In this document: positions 23,728 through 37,035 of the stretch, piece by piece
Numbering within the stretch: the stretch's first letter is position 1
How the letters are laid out: each line of letters begins with the position of its first letter
From: Stegostoma tigrinum
Lineage: Eukaryota
NCBI RefSeq assembly: GCF_030684315.1
Contig: NC_081396.1
Location: 1,612,001-1,676,000, forward strand
Direction of reading: 5' to 3'
Length of the DNA: 64,000 nucleotides
Program-made: the position numbers and the translations under genes
The notes under the pieces: model-generated
Told to the model about the DNA's origin: nothing
Databases searched by the model: none
What the model saw: the letters and a program-made list of their open reading frames with translations, nothing else

Positions 23728-26360
23728 AGGACAATAGGAGCATTAGGAGGCCATTCGACCCTTCGAGCATGCGGCACCATTTACCACGGCCGTGGCTGAT
23801 CGTTCCTACTCAAAAATAAACAAATCCTGCTTTCTCCCAGTAACTTTTGATCTCATTCGCACAAGTACTATATCTAGCCTCCTCCTGAATATGTTGAATG
23901 TCCTTTTTCATTAACTACTCCTTCTACACCATTACTTCTGTCGGCTCACTACTCTTTGAATGAAGCAATGTCTCCTCCTCTCTGTCATAAATGGTCCACC
24001 CCAAGATCTCTGACTGCAACCGCTGGTTATGGACACACTCTCCATTGGGAACATCCTTCCTGCATCTACCCCACCTAGACACATTTGCATTTCATGACTC
24101 TGTACAAGATCACCTCTCGTTCATCTCAGTTGCAGTGGAAACAATCTTAGCCTCTTCAATCTATTCTCATATATCAGTTCTGCCATTTCTGGAATCAAAC
24201 CGGTAACCATTTGTAACACTTCCTCGACAGTAAGAGCATCTTTCCTGAGAAAAGGAAACAAAAACTGCCCGCAATATTCTAGATGCGGCCTCACTATGGC
24301 CCTGTATAACAGCAAAAGAAGAAAAAATAGTTCTGGCCTGAACTTGAATGCTCTCACTTTTAAGACCAGCATGCTTTTTGCCTTCTTTGCCACCAGATGC
24401 AATTGCTTGCTTCTTTGACCGACAGGTGCACAAGGACACTGAGGTCTCGCTGCATAGTACCCTGTCCCAATTTAAAGCAATTCAAGACGCAATCTGCCTA
24501 CTCGTTATTGCTACAAATGTAAATTCCCTCACGTTTCCCTTATTGTACAAAATGCGGAGGAATGGGATTGTGGGAGATATAGCAGTTTGGATCGGAAAGT
24601 GGCTTGCTGAAAGAAGACAGAGGGTGGTCGTTGATGGGAAATGTTCATCCTGGAGACCAGTTACTAGTGGTGTACCGCAAGGGTCGGTGTTGGGTCCATT
24701 GCTATTTGTCATTTTTATAAATGACCTGGATGAGGGCGTAGAAGGATGGGTTAGTAAATTTGCAGACGACACTAAGGTCGGTGGAGTTGTGGATAGTGAC
24801 GAAGGATGCAATAGGTTGCAGAGAGAAATAGATAAGCTGCAGAGCTGGGCTGAGAGGTGGCAAATGGAGTTTAATGCAGACAAGTGTCAGATGATGCACT
24901 TTGGTAGGTGTAACTGGAAGGCAAAGTACAGGGCTAATGGTAAGATTCTTAGTAGTGTAGATGAGCAGAGAGATCTCGGTGTCCATGTACACAGATCCTT
25001 GAAAGCTTCCACCCAGGTTGACAGGGCTGTTAAGAAGGCATACAGTGTTTTAGTTTTTATTAATTGAGGGATCGAGTTCCGGAGCCAAGAGATTATGGTG
25101 AAGCTGTACAAAACTCTGAAGCGGCCGCACTTGGAGTATTGCGTACAGTTGGTCATCACATTATAAGAAGGAGGTGGAAGCTTTGGAAAGGGTGCAGAGG
25201 AGATTTACTAGAATGTTGCCTGGTATGGAGGGAAGTTCTTACGAGGAAAGGCTGAGGGACTTGAGGCTGTTTTCATTAGAGAGACGAAAGTTGAGAGGTG
25301 ACTTAATTGAAACGTATAAAATAATCAGAGGGTTAGATAGGGTGGATAGGGAGAGCCTTTTTCCTAGGATGGTGACGGCGAGCACGAGGGGGCATAGCTT
25401 TAAATTGAGGGGTGAAAGATATAGGACAGATGTCAGAGGTAGTTTCTTTACTCAGAGAGTAGTAAGGGAATGGAACGCTTTGCCTGCAACGGTAATAGAT
25501 TCGCCACCTTTAGGTACATTTAAGGCGTCATTGGATAAGTATATGGACGTACATGGAATGGGGTAGGTTAGATCGGCTTGAGATCGGTATGACAGGTCGG
25601 CACAACATCGAGAGCCGAAGGGCTTGTACTGTGCTGTAATGTTGTATGTTCTATACTCTATGTGTCCAAATTACTCTACAACCTCCATCGATTTCCTCAC
25701 CCATTCAAACTGCGCAGATCATGCTGAAGGATCCCAGCATCCCCATCACATTTCACCCTCCTACCTAAATTGGCATCATCTTCAAAAGTTGAGATCTTAC
25801 CTGTTAACCACTGCATCAAAGTTGGTGATATATATTGTGAATAGCTGTGGTCCCAGCATCGATCTTTGTGGCACCCTACAGCTTGCTAATTTGAAAATTG
25901 TCTGCCAATTTGAAGATGACACATGAATTCCTACTCCTTGCTTCCTGTCTGGCAACCAGTTTTCTTTTCCTCTCAATGCACTTCCTCCAATCCCTTACGC
26001 TTTACTCTTGAACAATCAACTCTAATGCAGGACTTTATTAAACAGTGTCTGAAATCCCAAATATATCACATAAACTGGCTCCTGCCTCCCCCTCGTCAAC
26101 TGAACGAGTTACATCATCATAGAATACCAACACTTTTATCAAACAGGATTTCCTTTCCAAAATTCCATGCTGGCTCTTTCTGTCCCTGGCACTGCATTCC
26201 AAATGCTCCTCTTTAAATCCCTTCATAATGGATTCAGACTTTTCCCAAAAAACTGATGTTAGACTTCCTAACCTATATTTCCTTGAGCTCTTTCTACTTC
26301 CCTTTTTGCATATTAAAGTGACATTAGCTACCCTGTAATTGTAGTAGCATAGTGTTCTCT
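23728..26360 (-). mobile_element. Older CR1 LINE split by a younger CR1 insertion
   Basis: Minus-strand LYRAIVRPHLEYCGQF.. before 24540, and RT remnants (KSCLIKVLVFYDDVT..DEG) after 25660. Confidence 0.75.
24540..25662 (+). mobile_element. Young 5'-truncated CR1 LINE, same subfamily as 10770-13753
   Basis: GVPQGSVLGP..KFADDTK through to the 3' tail. Near-identical to the reverse complement of 10770-11890. Confidence 0.95.
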
Positions 26361-26829
26361 AGCAGTGCTGTTGCAGACCTAAGCCCTTGTCTTCCTCCTC
26401 TCCTTTGGTCAGTTTTCCACCTGTCTGGTGAAGTATTCTTTATAAAGATTGCTGTCACTCTGCCTTGAATCTTTTCTTTGTCCCTGCAAGGACCCTTAAG
26501 TGCCGATTTGACCCTGCCCCCGTTCAGATTTTTTTTTCCATTGCAGATGTGGTTTCTCAAAATTTCATGGCCTCACTATCGAATTAGAATAGTTTCCATG
26601 ACATTTTCCGGCGTTTACTATTCTGAATTGACTCCTATCTCTGAGTCTGACACTTATTGTTTAATCATATTTGGAGGAAATGTTTACGCTTCTCTGTGCA
26701 AATCAATTATGAGAACACCTCTGGTCAATGGCTACGGGACAGCCACTCAAAAATTTAGATGATTGTCGATGCATTATTTGTGTTATATCAGGGCACAATT
26801 TTGAAGCTTAAATTTAAAACAACACAGAT

Positions 26830-27220
26830 TCTCCCTACCTCCCCACCTACACTCACCTCTACTGGCTCCATCACTGACTCTTTAATTTTTCTGCCTCCTC
26901 TCCACCTATATTCTCCTCAATCCATCTTCGACCCGCCTCTCCTTCTCTCCCTAATTATTTCAGAACCCTCTTCTCCTCCCCATGAAGTGTCTCGGCCTGA
27001 AACGTCACCTTTTCTACTCCTTCGATGTGCTTGGCCTGTGGTGTTCGTACAGTTCGACACCTAGTTAGCAGAGATAATCGACACGTTTTTATATGCTGAC
27101 ATTTTCCAAGCTACCATTAGTTCTGAGGAAGGGTCACCAGACCTGAAACGGTAATTCTGTATTTTCCTTCACAGATGCTGCCAGATCAGCTGAGCTTTTT
27201 TCCACAGCTTTATTTTTGAC
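26830..27220 (+). mobile_element. Two decayed Penelope-type termini with hammerhead-like relics
   Basis: catgaagtgtctcggcctgaaacgtc and ctgaggaagggtcaccagacctgaaacgg..cacagatgctgccaga. Confidence 0.55.
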
Positions 27221-27768
27221 ACAAATAATAGAGTGTGTTTGGCCCCAGATGAATTGTTGACGCTGTACATGGGTATAATGATTTCTGTGCTTTAAAAAAA
27301 ATCCCTTTTTTTATTTGTTAGAAATTTGGAAACCTAAAGCACAGCTGTAATAGCTCTTAAATGATACAAAATAATACTTGCATTACGCAGGAAATGACAA
27401 GATAGTTCGGCTGTGTTCTGAAAATCTTTAGCACAGGGTTTCCTCCCTGATGAGGTATCAGGTCCTCATTGTTTCACTGCAGTTCGAAACTATTATTTAT
27501 TTACCATCCTCCTCTGTGTATTTATGTACGTGGTTGCATTTAACTTTTGTTTAATGTGGTCACAACTGCAGCACAGCACTATATATTCACTTGATCAATC
27601 TCACTAACCCCCCTCTGCAGAAAAAGAAATCTGCAAATTTATGAAAGTGCATGAAGAAGGCATATCCAAGCAGACCAAATAACTTCGATTTGACTTTCTA
27701 CCATTCTGAACCTGATACAGACAGTGTTCACTATCGCTGTTTCTGGAGCACGACCTGAAAACAGCAGG

Positions 27769-28146
27769 GTGAAACATTCTCACACGCTGGTTATCCCCTT
27801 GACGGTGAGTATACCGCATTTAAATCTGCCTTCTAAATTCCCCAATACTCCCAATATTCCCATTTTACATTCCCAAATGATCAGTCTTTCTGTTTCCTAT
27901 TCTGACATGATGTGTGTCTTCTGTTTTTCTTCAGAGATCTGTAACAGGATTTCATTGCACCAGCCAGAATACGAAGTTACAGCGTTAATTAGCGAAGAAT
28001 CAGCAGTATTCAGCACTTACTGTGTATCACATGCACTGGCAGACTGTATGACTTTTTGTGTTAACAGCATCCACATCAATCGCCTCCATTTATTCTCAGA
28101 ACTGACAATTATAGTGTGAAGGATACTGCTCCAAAACTTAAACACT
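27769..28146 (+). pseudogene. 5' half of a TCR V pseudogene truncated by CR1
   Basis: Leader-like 27769-27804 followed by gtgagt, and an acceptor at 27934. Exon reads EICNRISLHQPEYEVTALISEE../QHPHQSPPFILRTDNYSVKDTAP (FR1-CDR2), then LINE sequence begins. Confidence 0.65.
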
Positions 28147-28149
28147 CTG

Positions 28150-31100
28150 AGGGATAGGCCGGGAGATCAGCGTCAGGTATTCAATAAGTTCTTGTAGATG
28201 ATTCGAAGGGTAGGACTTCAATGCATTTGGAAAAGCAAGAATTGAGTATGAATCATCAATATGGCTTTGTCCGTGGGTAACCATACTGCACTTACTTGAT
28301 TAAGTGTCTTGAAGAGGTGGCAAAGTCGACTGATGATGGGAGGTTGCTAGTCCTTGGATATATGGACTGCAGCATAGCTGCCGATAAGGCTTCATATGGT
28401 AGGCTGGTTAGTAAGTTTTCATCGCATTGGACGCCAGGTCCTGGACAATTGGATACGCAATTGGCTTGAAAGCATGAGGAAGACAGTGGTGGTAAAAATA
28501 CATTTTGGACTGGAGGCCAGTTACCAAAGGTGTCTTCAGATCACTGTATTTATCAGTTATATAAATGGTTTGTATTGAATAAAAGATGCATGTTTAGAAA
28601 GTTTATTTTAATTTTATAAATTTATGTGATGAGGGTGTTGGTGACCAGGTAGCATTCACTGTTCATCCCTTTTAGCAAAGAGGGGTGTTACAAGTCAACC
28701 ACATTGTTTTGGGTCTGGAGTCACATGTGGGCCAGAACGGTTGAGGAGATCAGTTTCCTTCCTTAAAGGGCAAAAGAGAGCCAGATTTTTTTAAACTAAC
28801 AATCCACAATGGATTCATGGCCATCATTAGGCTCTTTATTGAAGTCAATTTCCAACATTGGTAATGGCGGGATTCAAACCTGTGTTCCCAGAACATTACC
28901 AAGGCTTCTAGATTTCCAGTCCAGGGACAATACCACTAAAGCATTGCCTCTCCTACAATCCCCATTAACGGTGGTGCATTGTACAATGAAGAAAGTGATC
29001 TCAAAGTAAATTTGGAGTCTGACTAAATGCGCCAATGACCCGAAGAGAGGCACATGGTGTTTTATTTGGATAATTGTGAACATGTAGAAATTTGGTAAAG
29101 CGAACCAATGCAGGAATTATTTAATGGTAGGGTCCTGGGGAGTTTTGCTGAACAAAGATAAATAGGAGTGCAGGTGCATATTTCCTTGAAACTGGAATCC
29201 CATGTTGACAGGTTTATAATATTACATTTGGCACGTTTCCCCTCGTTGGTCAGTGTATTGAAAATAGGAGCTGAAGTGTCTTTTTACAGTTGCACAAGAC
29301 TTTGGTCAAGTCACGTCTAGAATGCTGCACCCGATTCTGTTCACCATCCTGCAGGACGCACAGGGTTAAACTTGGAAATGTACGGATAACATTCACAAGC
29401 ATGGGCTAATGTCAGATTTGAGTGACCGGGAGAAACTGAATATATGCTGAAAAACATTTTTCATTTGGAGAGTTGAAGGCTGAGTTGTGACCTTATAGAG
29501 ATTTATTTAAGTTTCAGGTGCATGGATAGGATAAATAGCAAAAGACTTGTTCCCACTGTTGAGAAGACCAAAACTAGGTGCATAGGATTGTGGTGAGAGG
29601 AGAAAATGTGAAAGGCATCATCGGTGAAACGATTTTTTCAGAGTGTGTCGTTTGTCTGCAGTAAGAGGCCAGTGGTACAGTTGAGTCCAATTTCAATACT
29701 TAAAAGGCTTTGATAAGATTTGTAGTTTGTGTTGTGGATGATCTTGCAAACTTGTTTGCTGAAGGGTTAGTGCTCTGTCCTGCTTGTTATTTATAAGCTG
29801 TTTGTTTGCTCAGATGGTTGGCATCAATTCTGTTCCAGGTCACTGTGTGTGTGTTTGATGGAGTTCCAATTGGAACGCCAGTCCTCCACAAACTCTCTGG
29901 TAGGCTGTACATGGCTTGTGCTATTAGAAATGATCTGATCCAGTCGATTTCGTGTCCTTCTCTGTCCGTGTATGCTGAAGCTATTGCGAGCTGGCCATGT
30001 CTCTTGGAGGCTAGTTGGTGTTCGTGTATCCTTATTGTCAGTTTTCTTCGAGTTTATCATTTGTAATGTTTCTAACAGTCCTTACATGGTATATTTTATA
30101 TTACATTGATTTAATTGCTTGTGGGTACAGGAGCCTTTATGTTCGTCAGTAACTGTCGTAGGGTGGTTGTTGGTTTGTGGTCTACCGTGATGCCTGGGGT
30201 CTGAGCAGTTTTGTGGTCATCTCTGATATGTCTCTGCTGGACACAAGGATGACTAATGTGTCTGGCCGCATTGGATCTTCCTGCTGTGATCTTTCGCAGA
30301 GGGAATGGTGGATTATGCTTTGTGAGTATTCATTCCATTTAGAAGGAGCTCAAAACTGTGAAAATGCAGAACAGGTGCACTTATATGGAGTTTTTAAAAG
30401 GAATAGATGCCCAAAAAGCACAATGCACTTTTACCACCACAACAAACCACAGCACGAAGATGTAACACACCCAGACACACACATCACCCTGCAGTACATC
30501 CGCGAGATATCAGAGATGATCACAAGACTACTCATACAAGTAAGCATCAGGGTAGCCCATAAACCAACACCCATCCTCCGACAGCTACTGAAGAGCACAA
30601 AGGATACCATACCCACAGCCAATGAAACAAACGTCATACAAAACTTATCATGCAAGACCATTGACAAATATTACATTGGAAAAACTCGAAGGACATTGAC
30701 AGTCAGGATATACGAACCCAAACAACCACCAAGAGGCAGGCTCAGTTCTCACTGTTCTCAGAATACACGAAAAGAAATGGACACAAATTCGACTTGGACA
30801 ACGCATCCATAATATCACATGCCATACAGAGATATGCCAGAGAATTCCTTGTAGTCTGGATATCCAACTGAAACTGCATAAATACAGACATTGAATTGGG
30901 ACCAATATACAAACCAGTGACAAACAAAACCGGAAATGATGCCAACCTCTCGAGCTGACTGAGACATATAAATACCGTGCGGTACATAACAACAACACTA
31001 TACTGGAGGTGCATTGAAGAAGTTAACTAGCAGGGCGGCAAAATATCTTCACTCAAAAACATTGGTTCGACGAGCAAGTCTACAGCTTCATTTAAACGTT

Positions 31101-31245
31101 GTTTGCATGAGGAAATAAATAGGAAGGGTTGAGAAGGGCATGAGCCAAATGCTGGCAAATGGGACTAGATTAGTTCAGGGTGTCTGTTCGTGTAAACACG
31201 TTGGACTGAATCGTCTGTTTCTGTGCTGTATGACTCTTTGACTCT
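28150..31245 (+). mobile_element. Old CR1 LINE interrupted by a SINE (about 28625-28950, minus) and a Penelope element (about 29720-31090)
   Basis: Decayed RT and C-terminal sequence. The 3' end with gactctttgactct lies near 31245. Confidence 0.65.
29720..31090 (+). mobile_element. Penelope-like element remnant (GIY-YIG endonuclease) with an inverted partial copy
   Basis: Plus strand reads ITLQYIREISEMITRLL..VAHKPT..NVIQNLSCKTIDKYYIGKTRRTLTVRIYE. The same region is present on the minus strand at about 29720-30310. Confidence 0.85.
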
Positions 31246-31294
31246 TTGCACAAATTTTACTCCGAGAGAAAAAAAATTCAGTCAAGCTGAATAT

Positions 31295-34080
31295 AAAGTC
31301 ATAGAGAAGTCCATCGTGGAAGCAAAGTCTTCGTTTAGACATTTGTCCCATGTCTCTCTAACCCCTCCCTATTCTTGAGCGTATCCACATGCATTTTAAA
31401 TTTTGTAAATGTACCAGCTTACAGCACGTCCTCTGGTAGGTCATACACACATTACCCTCTGCATGATTCTTTTGCCCCTCAACTCCCTTAAAAATCCTGC
31501 CACTCTTCACTTTACGCTTTTGCCCTCTAGCTTTGGACCCCTCAAAAAGGCATTAATATTCACACAATCCATATCCATCATAATTTTGTCAATCTCATCG
31601 ATTCTCGTCGTTACTTCTTTTAAAAAAATCTCGTTCAAGTTACTGTGATAGAATTTCCCACTCACAAAGTCATGTTGGCTTGTCCCAATCAGTCCTTCCC
31701 TTGGAAATGTATCTAAATCCTCCACCTCAACTAAAAATCATTTCCCTAGCTTCCCTAGGGCGTTCGAGGCTACACCTGAACAAGATATTTGGATGTGTTT
31801 TCCTTTGTGCATTTTTAGACATCCAGTACTTACTGGCCAATAATGTGAGCATCTTTTTTCAAGTTTCCCCATGTACTCCATGTTCCATATCCTGCTCTAT
31901 TGTAAACACTGATCAAAACGCTTATTTATTAACTTCCCGAACTCCTGTGGTTCCACACATAAGAGGCCTTTATGATCGTTCACGAGCCCTATTATTTACA
32001 TTGTTACTCTTTCGTCCAAAATGTATTTCAAGAATTCGTTTGGATTCCCCTTAACCCTATTTGCCAAAAGAATCCGATCTCTCCTTTTTGCCCATCTGAT
32101 TTCCCTATTAAGCATGTGATCTGGGATAATGGGAACTCCAGTTGCTGGAGAATCCAAGATAAAAAAGTGTGGGGCTGGATGAACACAGCAGGTCAAGCAG
32201 CATTTTAGGAGAACAAAAGCTGACGTCTCGGGCCTAGATCCTTCATCAGAAAAAACCTGACGAAGGGTCTAGGCCCAAAACGTCACCTTTTGTGCTCCTA
32301 ACATGCTGCTTGGCCTGCTGTGTTCATCCAGGCCCACATTTGCTACCCCTATTAAGTATGCTCCTACTGTCTTTATACTCTTCTGGGAATTCAATAGATC
32401 CTGTATTTCAAACCTGATATCTGTTTCCCACTTATTCTTAAGCAAAATATCAGTTTTTTTCTAGTTATTCCACATTTCTGACTCCCAAAAGCCTCACCCT
32501 TCAGTCTAACAGGAATATGCTGTCTCTGGAGTATCGTTATCCCATTTTTAATGGCTTCCCATTTGTCAGTCATGCCTATACGTGCGAACATTCACCTCTA
32601 AACAACTATTGAAAGGTCATGCCTAACACCGGCAAAATTGACTTTACTCCAACTTAGAATTTTAACTTTTAGGTATGAGCTGTCCTATTCCACTATTATT
32701 TTTTTAAAAATGTACGGATATGATCACTGCACCGAAGTGCTCCCCCACTGACGCCTCAGACACTTGCCCTACCTTCTTTCCCAAGAGCAAGTCAAATTTT
32801 CCACCTTTTCCAGTATGCTCATCCACACACTGAATCTGATTTTCTTTTCTCGTAGTCAACTAAAAATTTGTCTCCCTTAAAGTCCTTGACGCTATGGCAG
32901 CCGCAGACTATGACTGGAAAGTTGAAGTCGCCGAAGAAACCACCTTATTATTCTTATAGATAACTGACATCTGCTTACAAAATTGTTTTTCAATTTCTCG
33001 TTGCTTATTGTGGTGATTATCTGTAGTCTGATTCCAATAAAGTGAGCATCCGTTGCTTATTTCTCAGTCCCTGCCGAATAAGTTCTGTCAACGTACTCCC
33101 AGGAATATTCACTCAAAGAACAGCCACAATGCTATCCCGATGCAAAGACACGACTCACCTTCTATCTTATCCTCTTTTCTATTCTTCCTTTAGCATCGAG
33201 GCTCTCGAACATTGAACTGTTATACTTGTTCATCGGTGAGCCACGTGTGTAGTTGCTATGATACCTCTGTCTTATCTTCTCAACCATGCCCTGGCTTCAT
33301 TTGTCTTACTTGTTTGACTTTTTTGCATTGAAATAAATGCAGTCTGGGTTATTAGTTCTACCGCATTCTGTATTTTGTTCTAGGCAGCTTTGACTGTTTG
33401 TCTTGCTGCTTTTCCTAAGTACGCCAGTCTTGGACGAACATCGTTTTTTTCAGTCTACATGGCTTCCAATCTTTCTGTCGCTAGTTTATTTCCCCCAGAG
33501 CAGCATTAGCAAATGTTACCATCATTATATTGTCTCCTTTCTCATTCAGGTGCCATCCGTTTTTTTTCTTTAAAAGGTCACTTCTACTGCAAAACATATT
33601 CGAATGAGCCAAAAATGTAAATCAATCTCCTGTGCACTATATCCTTAACCATGCATTCATCTGCTTTTTCCTGGTATCCCTATCCACATTATCTCGTGAA
33701 ACAACAGGAAATCTAGATATTGCTGTCCTCAAGGACATTTGTTTTCATTTCCTGCCGAACTTACTTTATTCTCTCCTCAGAATCTCGCCTTTTTTACCCA
33801 CCTATGTTGTTACTTCTGTTGTATACAACGAACTCCTGCTAGTCATGTTGTCCTTTGAGAAAACTCTGCATATTCTCTGAATTATGCTTGATCCCGAACC
33901 AAGGAGGCAAGACACCTTTCTGATATCTCTTTCTGATGTTGGCTGTACAAAGATCGGTCTGTGCTTCTGTAGAAAGAATGCACTATCACATTAGAGCGGT
34001 TAGAACATGACATGCCACTCTTTAAAATAGAACTAGCCACAGTACAAAATTAAACTGGTTGTCCGTGCTGCATTCCCCTC
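31295..34080 (-). mobile_element. Old internally deleted CR1 LINE (ORF1 end to 3' end)
   Basis: Remnants GLIGTSQHDFVSGK, LNREIRWAKR..LANRVKGNPNEF and KWEAIKNGI, plus an ORF1 esterase-like relic near 33900. Confidence 0.65.
32124..32341. repeat. Head-to-head palindrome of two Penelope-type termini
   Basis: The minus arm ends at catcag (32249), followed by a 7-nt spacer. The plus arm starts at CTGACGA (32257). Confidence 0.85.
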
Positions 34081-37035
34081 AGAGTGCATCGCACTCTATA
34101 TTTTTCCAAAAAAAAGGACGACAAACATTAATGTCAAAGTTGTATGCCGGACAGCAACAAAGATTTGCATTATTAATCTGGCCCCTCCCAGTGCAATTAC
34201 CAGGAGTACTGGAGCTTCTATGGTTACTGTGAAGGCCAATGGCCTGCGGATGTGAAGGGAAGCTTCTGGAGTAACTTGACAGGAATTGGAGAAGCAGAAC
34301 TGTGCAGATACGTTTCTGATTTTCTTTCATATTTCATTTGCATCCTGAACATATAGACAGATATAATTCACCAAATGAAGTTCAACATTTCTTCTTGAGA
34401 TTTATTCTTGTCTCTTAAAGAAAATCAGAAATGACTATCTCTGGAGCAGTATTCCCTCCTTTGGTTAGTGTGAGCGCGCCATCTGGTGCACTCTACCTGT
34501 AAGTTTGAGATTTGAGTTGAAATGGAAGCTGTTATCTCTGAATCAAAGTGGGGCACATGGCTCAGAAACACACGGTAGAGGTAGAAAAGAGGGTCCTGTT
34601 GAAGGCTAATTGCGTAATCATCATAGTTTTACTAAATGTTGCAGAGGATAGCTCACAAAACTTTGCATGTGTACTTGAAAAATAACGGCAGAAGCTGGAA
34701 ATCAGAAACGAAAATAACAATTGCTGGATAAAATCAATGCGTCTGACAACATCTGTGGATAGAAATGAAAGTCAACTTTTCGAGTCCAGTGATTCATCCT
34801 TAGAACTGAACTGAAGGTAGAGTTCCTGTTTATCAACTTCCCAATCAAGGCACATACTGTGGATGCTGCACTGGGTACTGGCTATTTCAGTGGGAATAAC
34901 CTGCATCTCTTGTCTTCAATTTGCAGATTTGTAGAGAAGCACTTCTTTCTTTTAAAAGCCATTTCAGAAAACATCTGTTCAGCTGTATCATTCTGACTCC
35001 ATTCTAACATTAAATAACACTGGTAATCCAAATTACAATCGTTCCCCTCAGTGATTTTCAAGTAATAATATCAATGTTACAAACATGCATTTCAGGAACA
35101 ATGGAGCTTTTTTTTTCTGGAAAAGAATCACTGCCCTAGAAATGAGATAATTGCGAGACATGGTGGGAGACAGTTCTTCATTGTGCTTTCTGGGTTGTCA
35201 TTTTGATGCATGGAAAACCCACACCCCGTGATCCCGATTCAAAGCTGGTCCACTTATGACAAACAGTGACGGTTGCAAAAATCGTTAAAGGAACACAGGA
35301 CGGCAAGGCGGCTCAGAAGCTGAGTGCAGGACTGCTGTAGAATTGGCTTTGAGTGTACTTTCTCCATGTGAGAATAGAAATTGCACAGCACTGCTGAAAT
35401 GTCTGGGAACTGGCAAACGTTAAATGTTCTGTGACCATCCTACGCTCTTTCGAACAGAGTAACTGAGGAACACATGGGAAGAGTTTAGGGGACGAATAAA
35501 GAATCAAATATCACAGAGATGAGGAAATTCTTCATCGTGCTTGTGCCTGCACTTTGAAGGGTCAAACGTAATTTTTCATCGTTCTTTTCACTTGCTGTAG
35601 CATTTCATATTTAACCAATTTGCAGATCGTTTCAAACATCATTCAGAAATTTAGCATTTAATGAGCTTTCATAGTCCTCTCACATGGCTTATAATGAATC
35701 TGAATAAAGTCCAATGTGTAAAAGGTGCTTTCTGTTTTATCCTTTCTCTTGATCTCGTTCCTCCTTTTACTGGAAGCCTTGACAATGAAGCCAATATAGC
35801 ATGTTTTATATTCTATTAAAACCCCTTGAAATGTTGATTAACTCACTCATATTACCCTGAAACTTAAATCAATATAAGTAAAACAAATCTTGTCTAAGTC
35901 TCCACATAATACAAGCCTCTTATCTCCTATAGTCCTCTAATGATATCTATAATTCTACATTCCACGCAATAAATCTTACTCCAAATATGAAATCGAGATC
36001 TTTCATCTTACCTCAATGCACCATGTTTACTGCATTCGCACTCCCCAGCCCCAAAAAGCTCATTCCCTTCTTTGTCTGGTTTCAGTAATCCAGCTTCTAG
36101 CTGAAGACTGAGAATCAAATCAATGAGTATGATTTGGCATTTAGAGCGTTCAGAAGTTGTTTGTGATTCTGCCTGCCCACTTTTCAGAGTTTTGCTCTTG
36201 AACAGAGACGATTGTTTAATTAAATTTCCTTCAAAGGGAACGTCCCATTTATCATCTTCCCTTCCCATTCTCTGGTTCCCACGATCTTCAGGTCGTTGCA
36301 CCAGAATTTGGGCTACTCCTGCCTGTTTCTGCGAAGGAAGACGTTGCATACTTCTGTTCTTTTTTGAAGTTTTTAAAGATGCAGTGGTATGTAATAAGTT
36401 AAATTTTAACTACAAAATAGTTCTACGTGGTGCCAGTATATCATGGCGTCTTTTAATGTTTTTCAAAACTCAAAGCGAGTTCCAGGGGTGTTGGAATCAA
36501 GAGTGCTTCTGGCAAGGACTGTGTACAACTGAAATCATTGTCTTCCTTCCAACATTACCACTTTTAATTCATAATCTGATTTGGAATGGGATCACGACGT
36601 AGTATTTCCTTGTAAATCAGTCAGCATTCGGGCGCACCGATTAATACATGAGTTGGACATCAATTTTGAAGTATTACCCTTTCACCTAACGTAGAAAGAA
36701 TGATAAATCGATGAAAAAAAAGGAGCATTTGGGTTGAAAACAGAAGCAAATTAAGTCGAAGCAGAATGCCTAAAAATGTGAGGTAGAACAAATGGATGAG
36801 AAAGGCGCCAAAACAACAAGATGTACAATTAGAACGAATTTTGTTTTTTGTCGTTAATTGATTATTTTTCGTCCATAGTTAACGTCAAATCTGAGAGCAC
36901 AAAGAATCGCTGCACAATGAAGCCTTCCTGATTTTTCCCAAAAAATGTGAGGCAGGACCCTTAGTTAAGTTTAGTGGCTGATGTAAGAGTCATCAAATAA
37001 TTTAAAACGTGCTGTTTACTGTTGAGGTTGATATT

